DNA of 64,000 bases, taken from contig CAVIJT010000004.1 of NCBI GenBank assembly GCA_963643465.1, positions 94,705 to 158,704 of the forward strand, in the 5' to 3' direction. The notes beneath the pieces are model-generated. The model searched no databases, was not told where the DNA came from, and saw only the letters and a list, made by a program, of their open reading frames with translations. How positions within the stretch are numbered: the first letter of the stretch is position 1; each line of letters begins with the position of its first letter. This DNA is from Lachnospiraceae bacterium (GTDB lineage: Bacteria; Bacillota; Clostridia; Lachnospirales; Lachnospiraceae). Positions 1 to 9,328 of the stretch are shown in pieces. The translations under genes were made by a program, and so were the position numbers.

Positions 1-100
1 TATGAATGAAGGAAACATTCAAGAAGATGAAACGCCAGAAGAATTATTTGGATGCCCAAAGAATGAAAGGTTGCAAGAATTTTTAAGTAAAGTGTTGTAG
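1..100 (+). CDS. 3' end of a polar amino-acid ABC transporter ATP-binding protein, truncated by the window edge
   Basis: Frame 2 reads ...NEGNIQEDETPEELFGCPKNERLQEFLSKVL with stop TAG at 98-100. This tail is typical of GlnQ/ArtP-type ATPases. A strong terminator follows. Confidence 0.5.
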   Translation, partial: MNEGNIQEDETPEELFGCPKNERLQEFLSKVL

Positions 101-114
101 TATACAGGAATAGG

Positions 115-153
115 AAAAAGACTGTTTCGAGGAGTTTCGAAACAGTCTTTTTT
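115..153. terminator. Rho-independent, bidirectional-looking terminator
   Basis: Stem gactgtttcga (120-130) pairs with tcgaaacagtc (137-147). It is flanked by an A-tract (115-119) and a T-tract (148-153). Confidence 0.8.
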
Positions 154-156
154 GTA

Positions 157-224
157 GCAAAAGCCCGTAGTGCGGAATGTTCGCAAGCGAAGCGAGTAGG
201 AGTCAGCCTACTCGATTGTGCATG
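157..224. repeat. GC-rich intergenic palindromic element, copy A (tentative family member)
   Basis: It starts gcaaaagccc directly after the terminator T-tract, as copy C does. It contains gcaagcg and an 8-bp hairpin, cgagtagg (193-200) with cctactcg (207-214). Confidence 0.4.
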
Positions 225-1322
225 TCAACCAGCAGAACGAAGACCATCAAATACTTCGAAAACTGTTTTATTAAGTGCAACCACATGTCCAACTGAATTT
301 TCTTCCGTATGTGTGATTTCCATCCATCCGGTAGTTCCGTCCTCTGCTTCCAAATAAATCATATTGAAATCTACACTGATGCGGGTGTATTGTACTTTTT
401 GAGGCTTCATGATAATGGTTGTAGCGGGATGGTTAAGGTCTGGTGCTACGGGAAGTGCTTCTTTTAGCTTCACAGGATAGGTAGCAGCATAAGTAAAATA
501 GCCATTTGGAGAGGAGGGTACAATGCTTTGTGATGAATCGGAAGATATACTCCATTGCATATTGATGCAGTCTGTTCCCATAAAGTTCTTGAAGACTGTT
601 CCTGTTATTTTCCCGTCCTTGATTTCACAGTGACGAATATCGGTGTCCAGTTGTCCTACATTGTTTACTACATAGTGTCCCTTTGAGGGGGCTTTTTTGG
701 TGTTTTTAGTGTAAGAATAAAAATGTGTAGTGACACCCGATTCTCCTTCGGAATCCAGAGTTACTAAATAGATATCTTCGGTTCCGAGAGAAATTCCGTA
801 GATGTCAGCATCTATGCCCTGACCAAGATCACCTTTGCGCCCACTGATAGTTTTAAGGTTCACATCGTTTACATATAGATCGCCTTTGTAATGTTGAGAA
901 GAAGATGTTTCTTTTAGGACAAAACGAAGATGTTCTTTTTTGCCGTCCCCATTCAAATCAATAAGTGCTTGGTCGATGCCATCTAAATTTTCAGAAGTAA
1001 GATAAATGAGTTCGCCGGGGTGTTCTAAGATTTTTGCGCGCAAGTCTTCCGTTTCGCCAGCTATTTTTGGCTGCTCAGTTTCTTTGATTACCGTTTTTTC
1101 CTTGGTTAGTGTATCGTTTTCTTTTTGTAAATGTATACCCATATACCAAAGCATACTACCCATAAAGAAAAGTGCAAAAGATGCAGCGATAGTAACTACA
1201 TAAGTTGACAAAGATTTCTTTTTGGATTGATATTTTTTTTCAATTGCACATAAGATTTTTTTGTTTTGTTCTTCACGTAATTGTATACTTTCATATAATT
1301 CTTTTATGTTATCTTCATTCAT
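225..1322 (-). CDS. Membrane-anchored anti-sigma factor-like protein with a large extracytoplasmic domain
   Basis: It lies directly downstream of the ECF sigma gene (19 nt gap). It has a short cytoplasmic N-terminus, one TM segment (YVVTIAASFALFFMGSMLWYMGI) and then about 290 aa outside the membrane. I prefer the start at M6 (ATG at 1322) because GGAGG lies 8 nt upstream, inside the longer ORF. Confidence 0.6.
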   Translation of the reverse strand: MNEDNIKELYESIQLREEQNKKILCAIEKKYQSKKKSLSTYVVTIAASFALFFMGSMLWYMGIHLQKENDTLTKEKTVIKETEQPKIAGETEDLRAKILEHPGELIYLTSENLDGIDQALIDLNGDGKKEHLRFVLKETSSSQHYKGDLYVNDVNLKTISGRKGDLGQGIDADIYGISLGTEDIYLVTLDSEGESGVTTHFYSYTKNTKKAPSKGHYVVNNVGQLDTDIRHCEIKDGKITGTVFKNFMGTDCINMQWSISSDSSQSIVPSSPNGYFTYAATYPVKLKEALPVAPDLNHPATTIIMKPQKVQYTRISVDFNMIYLEAEDGTTGWMEITHTEENSVGHVVALNKTVFEVFDGLRSAG

Positions 1323-1341
1323 AGGTTGCACCTCCATATTA

Positions 1342-1809
1342 TCAATTTAGTTTTTGTTTTAATAACTCTCGCCCCTTTTTTAATCGCATTTTTACTGCGG
1401 ATTCTCCACAGTGTAATAGCTGCGCGATTTCTTTGCAATTGTACCCTTCGAAATAGTGGAGATAGAGGGTGATTCTGTATTTGTCAGCCAAACGAAAAAG
1501 CTCTTCCAGTAGTTGCTTTTTTTCATAATCTATATTCCAGATGGCTTGTTGCTGCAAATCGTCAATGTTGCAACGGTTCTTTTTCCAAAAAGATTTCAAA
1601 TGATCCTTTGATTTATTGATTGTGACGCGAATCATCCAGTTTTTTTCGTGTTCTTCACTTTTAAATTGTTTGCGATAGTACAGTCGTTTTACAAATACGT
1701 CCTGCATGATATCTTCCGCATCCATTTCATTTTTGGTATAGGTTAATGCAATACGATAGACAAGATTGTTGTATTTGTTATAAATTTGTGTTAAGTCTTG
1801 ATTTTGCAA
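1342..1809 (-). CDS. ECF-type RNA polymerase sigma-70 family factor
   Basis: 155 aa. Region 2-like DAEDIMQDVFVK and region 4 HTH-like YNCKEIAQLLHCGESAVKMRLKKGRELL are present. TTG start with an AAGGGTGG RBS. Confidence 0.8.
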   Translation of the reverse strand: MQNQDLTQIYNKYNNLVYRIALTYTKNEMDAEDIMQDVFVKRLYYRKQFKSEEHEKNWMIRVTINKSKDHLKSFWKKNRCNIDDLQQQAIWNIDYEKKQLLEELFRLADKYRITLYLHYFEGYNCKEIAQLLHCGESAVKMRLKKGRELLKQKLN

Positions 1810-2169
1810 ATGTATTCACCACCCTTCGACACCTATAATACGATTAATACAGGCAAACGGTCAAAAAGAAATGACATTTGTCATACTTTTTTTAGAAGAA
1901 AGGTTATGGAGTGTGCCGTTTTGGATAATTATGATGTTAATTCGAACTATTGTATGCTATAATAATTTGTTAGAGTTAGACCTAATTGTTATAGAGGAGT
2001 GTTCACCAGTAGATGACCCAACTTGTACTATAAGAAATATTTGACGGAAGGATTATTTGCAACTGAATTTCCAAATGACTGGATAAAATTGGAGTTAAGA
2101 ATTGTATACAGTTAGCAGGTTATGTTGTGAAACAGGGATTAGATAAATAGAAGATAGGGAGGTAGTAGT

Positions 2170-3249
2170 ATGTATTTTTATATGCCAACAAAAGTATATC
2201 AGGAACAGAGAGCGGTGGTAAATCATGCAGCCGAGTGGTGTCAGGTGGGACACAAAGCATTGATTGTTACGGGAAAAAGTTCTTCGAAGAAGAATGGCTC
2301 CTTACAGGATGTGTGTGAAGCATTGGAGAGTCAAAAGAAAACCTATGTGATTTTCCATGGGGTAGAGGAGAATCCATCTGTTGATACGATTCTTGCCGCT
2401 AGTGCATTGGGAGTGGAGGAAGCCTGTGATTTTGTCATTGGAATTGGTGGAGGTTCACCGCTTGATGCTGCAAAAGCAATTGCTTTTATGATGTATCATA
2501 AAAGTACCTCAAGTGAATTATTGTATACACCGGGGGATGATCGTGCATTGCCTATGATTGCAGTTCCCACTACTTGTGGTACTGGTTCGGAAGCAACACC
2601 ATATTCCATTTTGAGCAGACCGGAAATAAAGTCCAAAGGTTCTATTCCACATAAAATTTTTCCAATCTACGCTCTGGTAGATGGAAGATATTTGCGTTAC
2701 GCACCAAAACAGGTGTTACATAATACGGCAATTGATGCCATGGGACATTTTTATGAGAGCTATGTAAATACCAATGCAACCCCATACAGTAAGATGCTTG
2801 TAGAAAAAGGATTGCAAATTTGGACAAAAGGAAAAGCTGTCTTTCTTGGAGAAAAAGAGGCAGAGAATGAGGATTACGAGCAAATGATGTTAGCATCTAC
2901 CATTGCTGGTATGGCAATCTCTATCACAAGTACGACTTTGCCACATGGACTTAGTTATCCGCTTACTTGTTATCAGGATATGGCACATGGTATGGGTGTG
3001 GGATATTTTCAAGCTGGGTATCTGCGTGAGGCCGATAAGAAAGATCAAGATGTGCTGATGCAGTTATCCGGATTCGAATCAGTAGATGAGATGGAGGCGT
3101 TTTATCAGCAGATTTGTCAACCAGAAAAGCAGGATGAGGGAATGTTACAAATCTGTGTGGATTCCATTGCATCCAACGAAGCGAAGCTTCGTATGTGTCC
3201 GTTTTTGGTAGATAGGGAAGTGTTGTGTCGCATCGTGGGATTGCGATAA
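2170..3249 (+). CDS. Iron-containing (group III) alcohol dehydrogenase
   Basis: GIGGGSPLDAAKAIA glycine motif and metal-binding His residues (HFYES, LPHGLSYPL). GGGAGG RBS 8 nt upstream. Confidence 0.8.
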   Translation: MYFYMPTKVYQEQRAVVNHAAEWCQVGHKALIVTGKSSSKKNGSLQDVCEALESQKKTYVIFHGVEENPSVDTILAASALGVEEACDFVIGIGGGSPLDAAKAIAFMMYHKSTSSELLYTPGDDRALPMIAVPTTCGTGSEATPYSILSRPEIKSKGSIPHKIFPIYALVDGRYLRYAPKQVLHNTAIDAMGHFYESYVNTNATPYSKMLVEKGLQIWTKGKAVFLGEKEAENEDYEQMMLASTIAGMAISITSTTLPHGLSYPLTCYQDMAHGMGVGYFQAGYLREADKKDQDVLMQLSGFESVDEMEAFYQQICQPEKQDEGMLQICVDSIASNEAKLRMCPFLVDREVLCRIVGLR

Positions 3250-3396
3250 GGGTATCATGTCCACACACCCCTTGCATAAAAAAACACAGTATGTTACCAT
3301 TAAATTGTTTTGACTGTCGTATGCTTAAATAGAGACAAAGTGTGCATAAAAACAACTCGTCTGGAATAGAGTAAGGTAAAAAGAAGTTGTGATAAG

Positions 3397-3714
3397 ATGG
3401 AAAGACAGGAAAAAATACTTTTTGCAAGACAGGAATGTATGCAGAATTTGAATTTTGGTAGTAATAGTCGCAAGATTGAACAGGAAAAACAAGAGTATGA
3501 TTTGCCTATGCAGCAAAACAGTGCAAAGGGCATGTTGGGAATTAGATGTGTCATTGCCATTTTGTTTTTCCTGTTTCTTTTCGGAGTAAAAATGGGAACG
3601 TTTCATATTGGAACATGGGATTGTGAACATATATCTAATATGTTGCGGGAAAATTCCATTGCAAATCAAATTGAAAATACAGTTGAAGACGTGATGAAGT
3701 CAAACACCCCGTAG
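3397..3714 (+). CDS. Hypothetical small single-pass membrane protein
   Basis: 105 aa ORF with one hydrophobic segment (CVIAILFFLFLFGV). Weak RBS. It is the only sizeable ORF that fills this gap on the strand of the downstream genes. Confidence 0.3.
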   Translation: MERQEKILFARQECMQNLNFGSNSRKIEQEKQEYDLPMQQNSAKGMLGIRCVIAILFFLFLFGVKMGTFHIGTWDCEHISNMLRENSIANQIENTVEDVMKSNTP

Positions 3715-3759
3715 TAAATTGCGGGGGATAAATTCATAAAAGAAGATTGAGGTGTTCGT

Positions 3760-5628
3760 ATGAGAAAACTGGCATTGCCGGATGAGGTATTGTTGACAAT
3801 TGAAAAACCTGCCAGATATATTGGTAATGAGATTAACATGGTAGTGAAAAATCCAGAGGAAGTGGATGTTCGTTTTTGTATGTGCTTTCCAGATGTATAT
3901 GAGATTGGTATGTCACATCTTGGAATTCAAATCTTATATGATATGTTTAATCAGCGGGAAGATACCTATTGTGAGAGGGTATATTCTCCATGGCCTGATT
4001 TAGACCAAATTATGAGAGAAAAGAAAATTCCTCTTTTTGCATTAGAATCCCAGCAACCAGTAAAAGAGTTTGATTTTTTAGGAATTACATTGCAATATGA
4101 GATGTGTTATACCAATATTTTACAGATTATTGATTTGGCGCAAATACCAATGTTTGCATCCCAAAGAGGAGAAGAAGATCCGATTATTGTTGGAGGTGGC
4201 CCATGCTCCTACAATCCGGAACCTATTGCAGATTTCTTTGATATTTTCTATATTGGAGAAGGAGAAACCGTCTACTTCCAAATGATTGATTTATATAAGG
4301 AAGTGAAAAGCAATGGGGGTACAAGGGAGCAGTTTTTAGAAAGAGCAGCAGCGGAAATTGAAGGATTGTATATACCAAAATATTATAAAGCAGAATATAA
4401 GGAAGACGGGACATTAGCAAGTTTTGAGCCAATTAATCCAAATGCCAAGAAAACTGTATTAAAACAGGTTCAAATGGATATGGCAGAAACTTTTTATCCA
4501 AAGAAACCATTAGTTCCTTATATTAAAGTAACACAGGATCGAGTAGTTCTTGAGATTCAGAGAGGATGTATCAGAGGTTGCCGTTTTTGTCAGGCAGGTA
4601 TGTTGTATCGTCCAATTCGTCCAAGAGATATTGAATTTTTGAAACAGACGGCAAGAGATATGCTTGAAAGTACAGGACATGAGGAGATTTCTTTAAGTTC
4701 TCTAAGTTCTAGTGATTACAATGATTTGCAGGAGTTAGTATACTTTTTGATTGATGAATTTCGTGAGAAAGGTGTAAATATATCTTTGCCATCTCTTCGA
4801 ATTGATGCGTTTGCGCTGGATGTTATGAGTAAGGTTCAGGATGTACGAAAAAGTAGTTTGACCTTTGCACCTGAGGCTGGTTCCCAAAGACTTCGTGACG
4901 TAATAAACAAAGGACTTACAGAAGAAGTAATATTAAAAGGTGCAATGGATGCCTTTCAGAGTGGATGGAATCGGGTAAAGTTATACTTTATGCTGGGACT
5001 TCCTACTGAGACAGAGGAAGATATTGAAGGAATTGCAGTGCTTTCTGATAAAATTGCAAGAGAATACTATACCATTCCAAAAGATCAGAGAAATGGAAAA
5101 GTAAGCATTGTGTCCAGCACTTCCTTCTTTGTTCCTAAGCCATTTACGCCTTTTCAGTGGACAAGAATGTGTACCAGTGAGGAATTTTTGGAAAAGCAGC
5201 GTTTTCTGAATGGTAAAATGAAAGAACAGTTAAATCAAAAGAGTATTAAATATAACTGGCATGAGGCAGAGTTGACACAGTTAGAAGGTGTACTTGCTCG
5301 TGGAGATCGAAGATTGAGTCAGGTCATTTATGATGCTTATAAAGCTGGCTGTATGTTTGATTCTTGGTCAGAATATTTTAAATATGATGTGTGGATGGAA
5401 ATGTTCCAGAAAAATGAGATTGATCCATTATTCTACACAGCTAGAGAAAGAGAAGAAGATGAATTATTCCCATGGGATTTTATAGATATAGGTGTATCTA
5501 AAACATTCTTATGGAGAGAGTACCAACAGGGAAAACAGGAAGTGGTAACGCCAAACTGCCGTCAGAAATGTGCAGGCTGTGGCGCAATGAAGTTTGGAGG
5601 AGGTGTATGTTTTGAAGGTAAGAATTAA
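3760..5628 (+). CDS. Radical SAM protein of the uncharacterised TIGR03960-like family (B12-binding-like N-terminal domain)
   Basis: 622 aa. CxxxCxxC cluster motif RGCIRGCRFCQAG. C-terminal Cys-rich tail CRQKCAGCG. It is followed by and overlaps its usual partner, DUF2344. Confidence 0.8.
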   Translation: MRKLALPDEVLLTIEKPARYIGNEINMVVKNPEEVDVRFCMCFPDVYEIGMSHLGIQILYDMFNQREDTYCERVYSPWPDLDQIMREKKIPLFALESQQPVKEFDFLGITLQYEMCYTNILQIIDLAQIPMFASQRGEEDPIIVGGGPCSYNPEPIADFFDIFYIGEGETVYFQMIDLYKEVKSNGGTREQFLERAAAEIEGLYIPKYYKAEYKEDGTLASFEPINPNAKKTVLKQVQMDMAETFYPKKPLVPYIKVTQDRVVLEIQRGCIRGCRFCQAGMLYRPIRPRDIEFLKQTARDMLESTGHEEISLSSLSSSDYNDLQELVYFLIDEFREKGVNISLPSLRIDAFALDVMSKVQDVRKSSLTFAPEAGSQRLRDVINKGLTEEVILKGAMDAFQSGWNRVKLYFMLGLPTETEEDIEGIAVLSDKIAREYYTIPKDQRNGKVSIVSSTSFFVPKPFTPFQWTRMCTSEEFLEKQRFLNGKMKEQLNQKSIKYNWHEAELTQLEGVLARGDRRLSQVIYDAYKAGCMFDSWSEYFKYDVWMEMFQKNEIDPLFYTAREREEDELFPWDFIDIGVSKTFLWREYQQGKQEVVTPNCRQKCAGCGAMKFGGGVCFEGKN

Positions 5629-6409
5629 ATTTAGCAAAACAGGTTCTATGAAGTTTATTGGACATTTGGATGTTATGCGATATTTTCAAAAAGCAATTCG
5701 AAGAAGCGGGCTGGATGTATCTTATTCACAAGGATTTAATCCGCATCAGTTGATTTCTTTTGCAGCACCTTTAGGAGTGGGGCTTACCAGTGATGGAGAA
5801 TACATGGACATGCAGATGGAGAGTACATTTTCCAGTGCCGAAGCATTAGAGAGGCTCAATCGTGCCATGAATGAAGAAATACGTGTGAAAAGTTATGTAG
5901 AGTTAGAGCCAGACAGTAAAAACGCCATGTCTATTGTGGCAGCAGCAGATTATTGTGTTTCTATAAAAGATGGTTATGAATTTCCAGATGATTTTCAACA
6001 AAAGTTTGATGCTTTTTTGACACAGGAAAAGATTATGATGCGAAAGAAAACAAAAAAGAGTGAGCGCGAGATTGATGTAAAACCTTATATTTATCATGTG
6101 GCATATTCACAGGAAGAATTTGCAAAACAGACAGGCACTTCTGTGGAGAATACAGTTGCAGAGCAGTATGCAAACGGAAAGAAATTGTATATGCAAATTA
6201 CAACAGGTAGTGTGGTAAACATTAAGCCGGAAATGATAATGGAATCCTTTTGTCAATATGCACAGATTCCATATGAACCATTTGCTTATCAACTTCACCG
6301 TATGGAAGTATATGCAGATTTAAATGCAGATACAAAGGTGGATGTGGAGGAATATGGGAAAAATCGTAATCTGGTAACGTTGGAAAGTTTTGGACATAGA
6401 ATTGATTGA
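5612..6409 (+). CDS. Radical SAM-linked protein (DUF2344 / TIGR03936-like)
   Basis: N-terminus (M)KVRIKFSKTGSMKFIGHLDVMRYFQKAIRRSGL is typical of the family. I prefer the TTG at 5612, 7 nt after GGAGGAGG. Alternative starts are GTG 5603 and TTG 5594. It overlaps the upstream stop codon, which suggests translational coupling. Confidence 0.7.
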   Translation: MKVRIKFSKTGSMKFIGHLDVMRYFQKAIRRSGLDVSYSQGFNPHQLISFAAPLGVGLTSDGEYMDMQMESTFSSAEALERLNRAMNEEIRVKSYVELEPDSKNAMSIVAAADYCVSIKDGYEFPDDFQQKFDAFLTQEKIMMRKKTKKSEREIDVKPYIYHVAYSQEEFAKQTGTSVENTVAEQYANGKKLYMQITTGSVVNIKPEMIMESFCQYAQIPYEPFAYQLHRMEVYADLNADTKVDVEEYGKNRNLVTLESFGHRID

Positions 6410-6417
6410 GGGAGTGT

Positions 6418-7617
6418 ATGCAGCAATTATTGATAACCAGGCATGGACAGAAAATTGTATCGTCCTTGTTTGAGCAAAATACTATGATACAGGTACATGT
6501 AGAGCAGGCACAGAGTACCTCTTTGCTTGGAAATGTATATGTGGGTAAGGTGAAAAATATTGTTAAGAACATCAATGCAGCATTTGTAGAAATTGCAGAT
6601 GGGCAGATGTGTTATCTTGCATTGGAGGAAGCGCGAACTCCTATTTTTTGTAATGCCAAGAAAAATGATAAAATTTGCATTGGGGATGAATTGATTGTAC
6701 AAGTATCAAAAGATGCAATCAAGACAAAAAATCCTTCAGTGACTACAAAGTTGCAGTTTGCAGGAAAATATGTAGTCTTGACACATGGTGACACCAGAAT
6801 TAGTATCTCGTCAAAGATTAGAGAAAATGAGGATAGACTGAGATTGCAAAAGCTGGTAAAGGATGCAGTGGGAAAGAAAACGGCATTTGGAATGATTGTA
6901 CGAACCAATGCACTTTTGGCAGAAGAAACACTTGTGGAAACGGAAATAAAAGCTCTAGTTTCTGTTTATCAGGAAATATTGCAGACGGGGATATATAAAA
7001 ACAGCTTTTCACAGCTATATCAAGCACCAAATGGCTATTTGTGCGATATTCGAGACGGATATGAGGAAGAAATTGAAAAAATTATCACAGATGATGATGA
7101 AATTTATCAGCAGATAGAAGGCTATTTGTCGAAATATCAGCCACAAGATTTAGAAAAACTCCAAAAATATGAAGATAAGATGATAACATTGAATCACTTA
7201 TATGGAGTGGAGACTAAAATTGAAAAGGCTATGCAGGAGCGTGTTTGGCTGAAATCTGGAGGATATTTGGTAATTCAGCCAACGGAAGCCCTTACAGTGA
7301 TAGATGTAAATACTGGAAAAGCTATTGAGGGAAAAAAAGCAGCGCAAAAGCATTTTTCCAAAATAAATTTGGAGGCAGCAGTGGAGATTGCCAAACAAAT
7401 TCGCCTTCGAAACTTATCCGGAATTTTGATTATTGATTTTATTGATATGGAACAAAAAGAGGCAAAAAAAGAATTGATTGCATGTTTGGAGCGCGAGATA
7501 AAAAAAGATCCTATAAAGACTGTGTTTGTTGATATGACAAAGTTACATTTAGTAGAGCTGACTCGTAAGAAAGTTAGAAAACCGTTACACGAGCAATGGA
7601 GAGATTGTGAGAGTTGA
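6418..7617 (+). CDS. rng: Rne/Rng-family ribonuclease (RNase G-like)
   Basis: S1-like N-terminal domain (GNVYVGKVKNIVKNINAAFVEI). Catalytic core region LVIQPTEALTVIDVNTGK. About 400 aa. Confidence 0.8.
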   Translation: MQQLLITRHGQKIVSSLFEQNTMIQVHVEQAQSTSLLGNVYVGKVKNIVKNINAAFVEIADGQMCYLALEEARTPIFCNAKKNDKICIGDELIVQVSKDAIKTKNPSVTTKLQFAGKYVVLTHGDTRISISSKIRENEDRLRLQKLVKDAVGKKTAFGMIVRTNALLAEETLVETEIKALVSVYQEILQTGIYKNSFSQLYQAPNGYLCDIRDGYEEEIEKIITDDDEIYQQIEGYLSKYQPQDLEKLQKYEDKMITLNHLYGVETKIEKAMQERVWLKSGGYLVIQPTEALTVIDVNTGKAIEGKKAAQKHFSKINLEAAVEIAKQIRLRNLSGILIIDFIDMEQKEAKKELIACLEREIKKDPIKTVFVDMTKLHLVELTRKKVRKPLHEQWRDCES

Positions 7618-7634
7618 TAGAAATGAGGGAACAT

Positions 7635-9203
7635 ATGAGGAAAAAGGGAGTGTTTCTGTTTACAGCATTAGCAGCTATGTCTGTAGCAGGATTTACGGGA
7701 GTTACCGTACAAGCGGAAGAAACTGGTATAGAAATGCAGACAGGTGAAACACAAAATGTAGAAACAGTAGAACAGACAGAATATGGAGAAATTACAATGA
7801 TTTCGCCTGTGAACTATTCTCAAAATGGCGTAGATTATAGTTATACAGGAACTTGTGTATATGAAATTGTGTTTAATGGAAAAAACGTGTCGCTTACCAA
7901 AAGTATGCCGGGTATACGACTTCATGATGTAATGATGGTCCCATTACAAGAATCTGTAGAAAATGCACAGGTGAATGGAAGTGTGGTGGTATCTGGAAGC
8001 GGCATGACCGTAAAACGTGGTGCATATACCCTTTGTTATGAAGAGGGAAGCAATCAAATTACTGTAAATGGAGAAATTATGGGGATTGAGACTGCACCGG
8101 AAAGACTGACCTATAAGGGGAATGAATATTTTATGGTGCCTGCAGAAACATTATTTTCCTATCTGGGAGCTGAAATGGCAGAAGTGGATGAGGAAAAACA
8201 AAAACTTGTTGTAAAAAAGACGAAGGGAACCTTTTTACTATTTGAGCCATCTTTAGTGGCAGAAGCTAAAAATTCTTTAAAAAAAGTAAGCGTAGCAAAC
8301 AGGGGAAGTAAGGAAATGGTGGCGATTACTTGTGATAAAACACCAAACATATCGGTAAAGTCTACAAATACCAAGATTATAGTAACGATGAAAAATGTTT
8401 CCAGTGGAGAAGAATTTGTGCAATCCGTGCTAGATTCTACATATACAAAAAAAGTAAAAGTAGAGAAAAGTGGTGCGAATATTAAAGTAACCATTGACAA
8501 AAAAAGCGGGACTGATTTTATTTACCAATATGGCAGCGGGCATGTATATGTGTTTCTAAATGCAACACCAATTCGAATTGCTGTAGATTGTGGACATGGT
8601 TCCTATACACCAGGAAAACGAACTCCTAAATTACCATGGGGACTAGATTTTGATGGTGATGGTAGCAATGAATTGCGAAAAGGGCAGACCATGAAAGAGC
8701 ATCGTGCCAACGTGGCAGTTGGAAAATATCTGGCATCTGAGCTAGAACGGTTAGGATTTAAAGTATACCGTTCCGCATTTGGAAGTGCAGATGTTTCTTT
8801 ATCTGCAAGACAGCAAAACATAAGGAAGTTTAATGCAAAATATTCCATTAGTGTTCATTTTAATGCGGCTGGTTCTGGGAAATATTTTAATGCTGCAAAT
8901 GGTGTGGAAGTATATTATCACAGTCAGTATGGAAAAAATTCCAAAACCTTAGCAAAAAAAGTAGTAAATGAGATGGCAAAAGGAACAAGACAGATAAATC
9001 GAGGTGCAAAAGGGGCTCATTTGGCGCTTTGTAGTACACAAAAAATGGGAACACAGGCTAGTATTTTGGTTGAGTGTGCATTTATGACAAATACCCGTGA
9101 AGTGAAAAATATGATGGGAAAAACATCTTATTGGAAAGAAACTGGGGCAGAAATTGCAAAAGCCATGTGTGCTTATGCAGGGGTAAATTATGTTGAAAAA
9201 TAA
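7635..9203 (+). CDS. Secreted N-acetylmuramoyl-L-alanine amidase (Amidase_3) with N-terminal accessory domains
   Basis: Signal peptide MRKKGVFLFTALAAMSVAGFTGVTVQA. C-terminal amidase motifs AVDCGHG, SVHFNA and VECAFMTN. Start chosen at the ATG preceded by GAGGGA. Confidence 0.75.
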   Translation: MRKKGVFLFTALAAMSVAGFTGVTVQAEETGIEMQTGETQNVETVEQTEYGEITMISPVNYSQNGVDYSYTGTCVYEIVFNGKNVSLTKSMPGIRLHDVMMVPLQESVENAQVNGSVVVSGSGMTVKRGAYTLCYEEGSNQITVNGEIMGIETAPERLTYKGNEYFMVPAETLFSYLGAEMAEVDEEKQKLVVKKTKGTFLLFEPSLVAEAKNSLKKVSVANRGSKEMVAITCDKTPNISVKSTNTKIIVTMKNVSSGEEFVQSVLDSTYTKKVKVEKSGANIKVTIDKKSGTDFIYQYGSGHVYVFLNATPIRIAVDCGHGSYTPGKRTPKLPWGLDFDGDGSNELRKGQTMKEHRANVAVGKYLASELERLGFKVYRSAFGSADVSLSARQQNIRKFNAKYSISVHFNAAGSGKYFNAANGVEVYYHSQYGKNSKTLAKKVVNEMAKGTRQINRGAKGAHLALCSTQKMGTQASILVECAFMTNTREVKNMMGKTSYWKETGAEIAKAMCAYAGVNYVEK

Positions 9204-9265
9204 AGAGTTTCTTCCAGAAATTTACATGCAATTTACTAAAATTGACAAAAAAAGCGTGAAATGAT

Positions 9266-9294
9266 TTGATATTTTGGTAAAAATGATGTATACT
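9266..9294 (+). promoter_or_regulatory. Candidate sigma-A promoter for cheV
   Basis: TTGATA (9266-9271), 17 nt spacer, TATACT (9289-9294). Confidence 0.45.
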
Positions 9295-9328
9295 ATATCT
9301 AGTAATATGAGGATAGGAGGAACGGGTT

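Noticed and set aside
157-180. The AAAAGCCCG string is reminiscent of the conserved AAAAGCCCGGGAG segment of the ykkC/guanidine-I riboswitch
   Set aside because: None of the other conserved guanidine-I elements is present. The sites lie 3' of genes rather than in 5' leaders, and no transporter or carboxylase gene follows.
2642-3669. Minus-strand ORFs of 84-154 aa overlapping and just downstream of the alcohol dehydrogenase gene
   Set aside because: They are antisense to a confidently identified gene or lie in AT-rich spacer. Their products are Phe/Leu/Cys-rich nonsense-like sequences.
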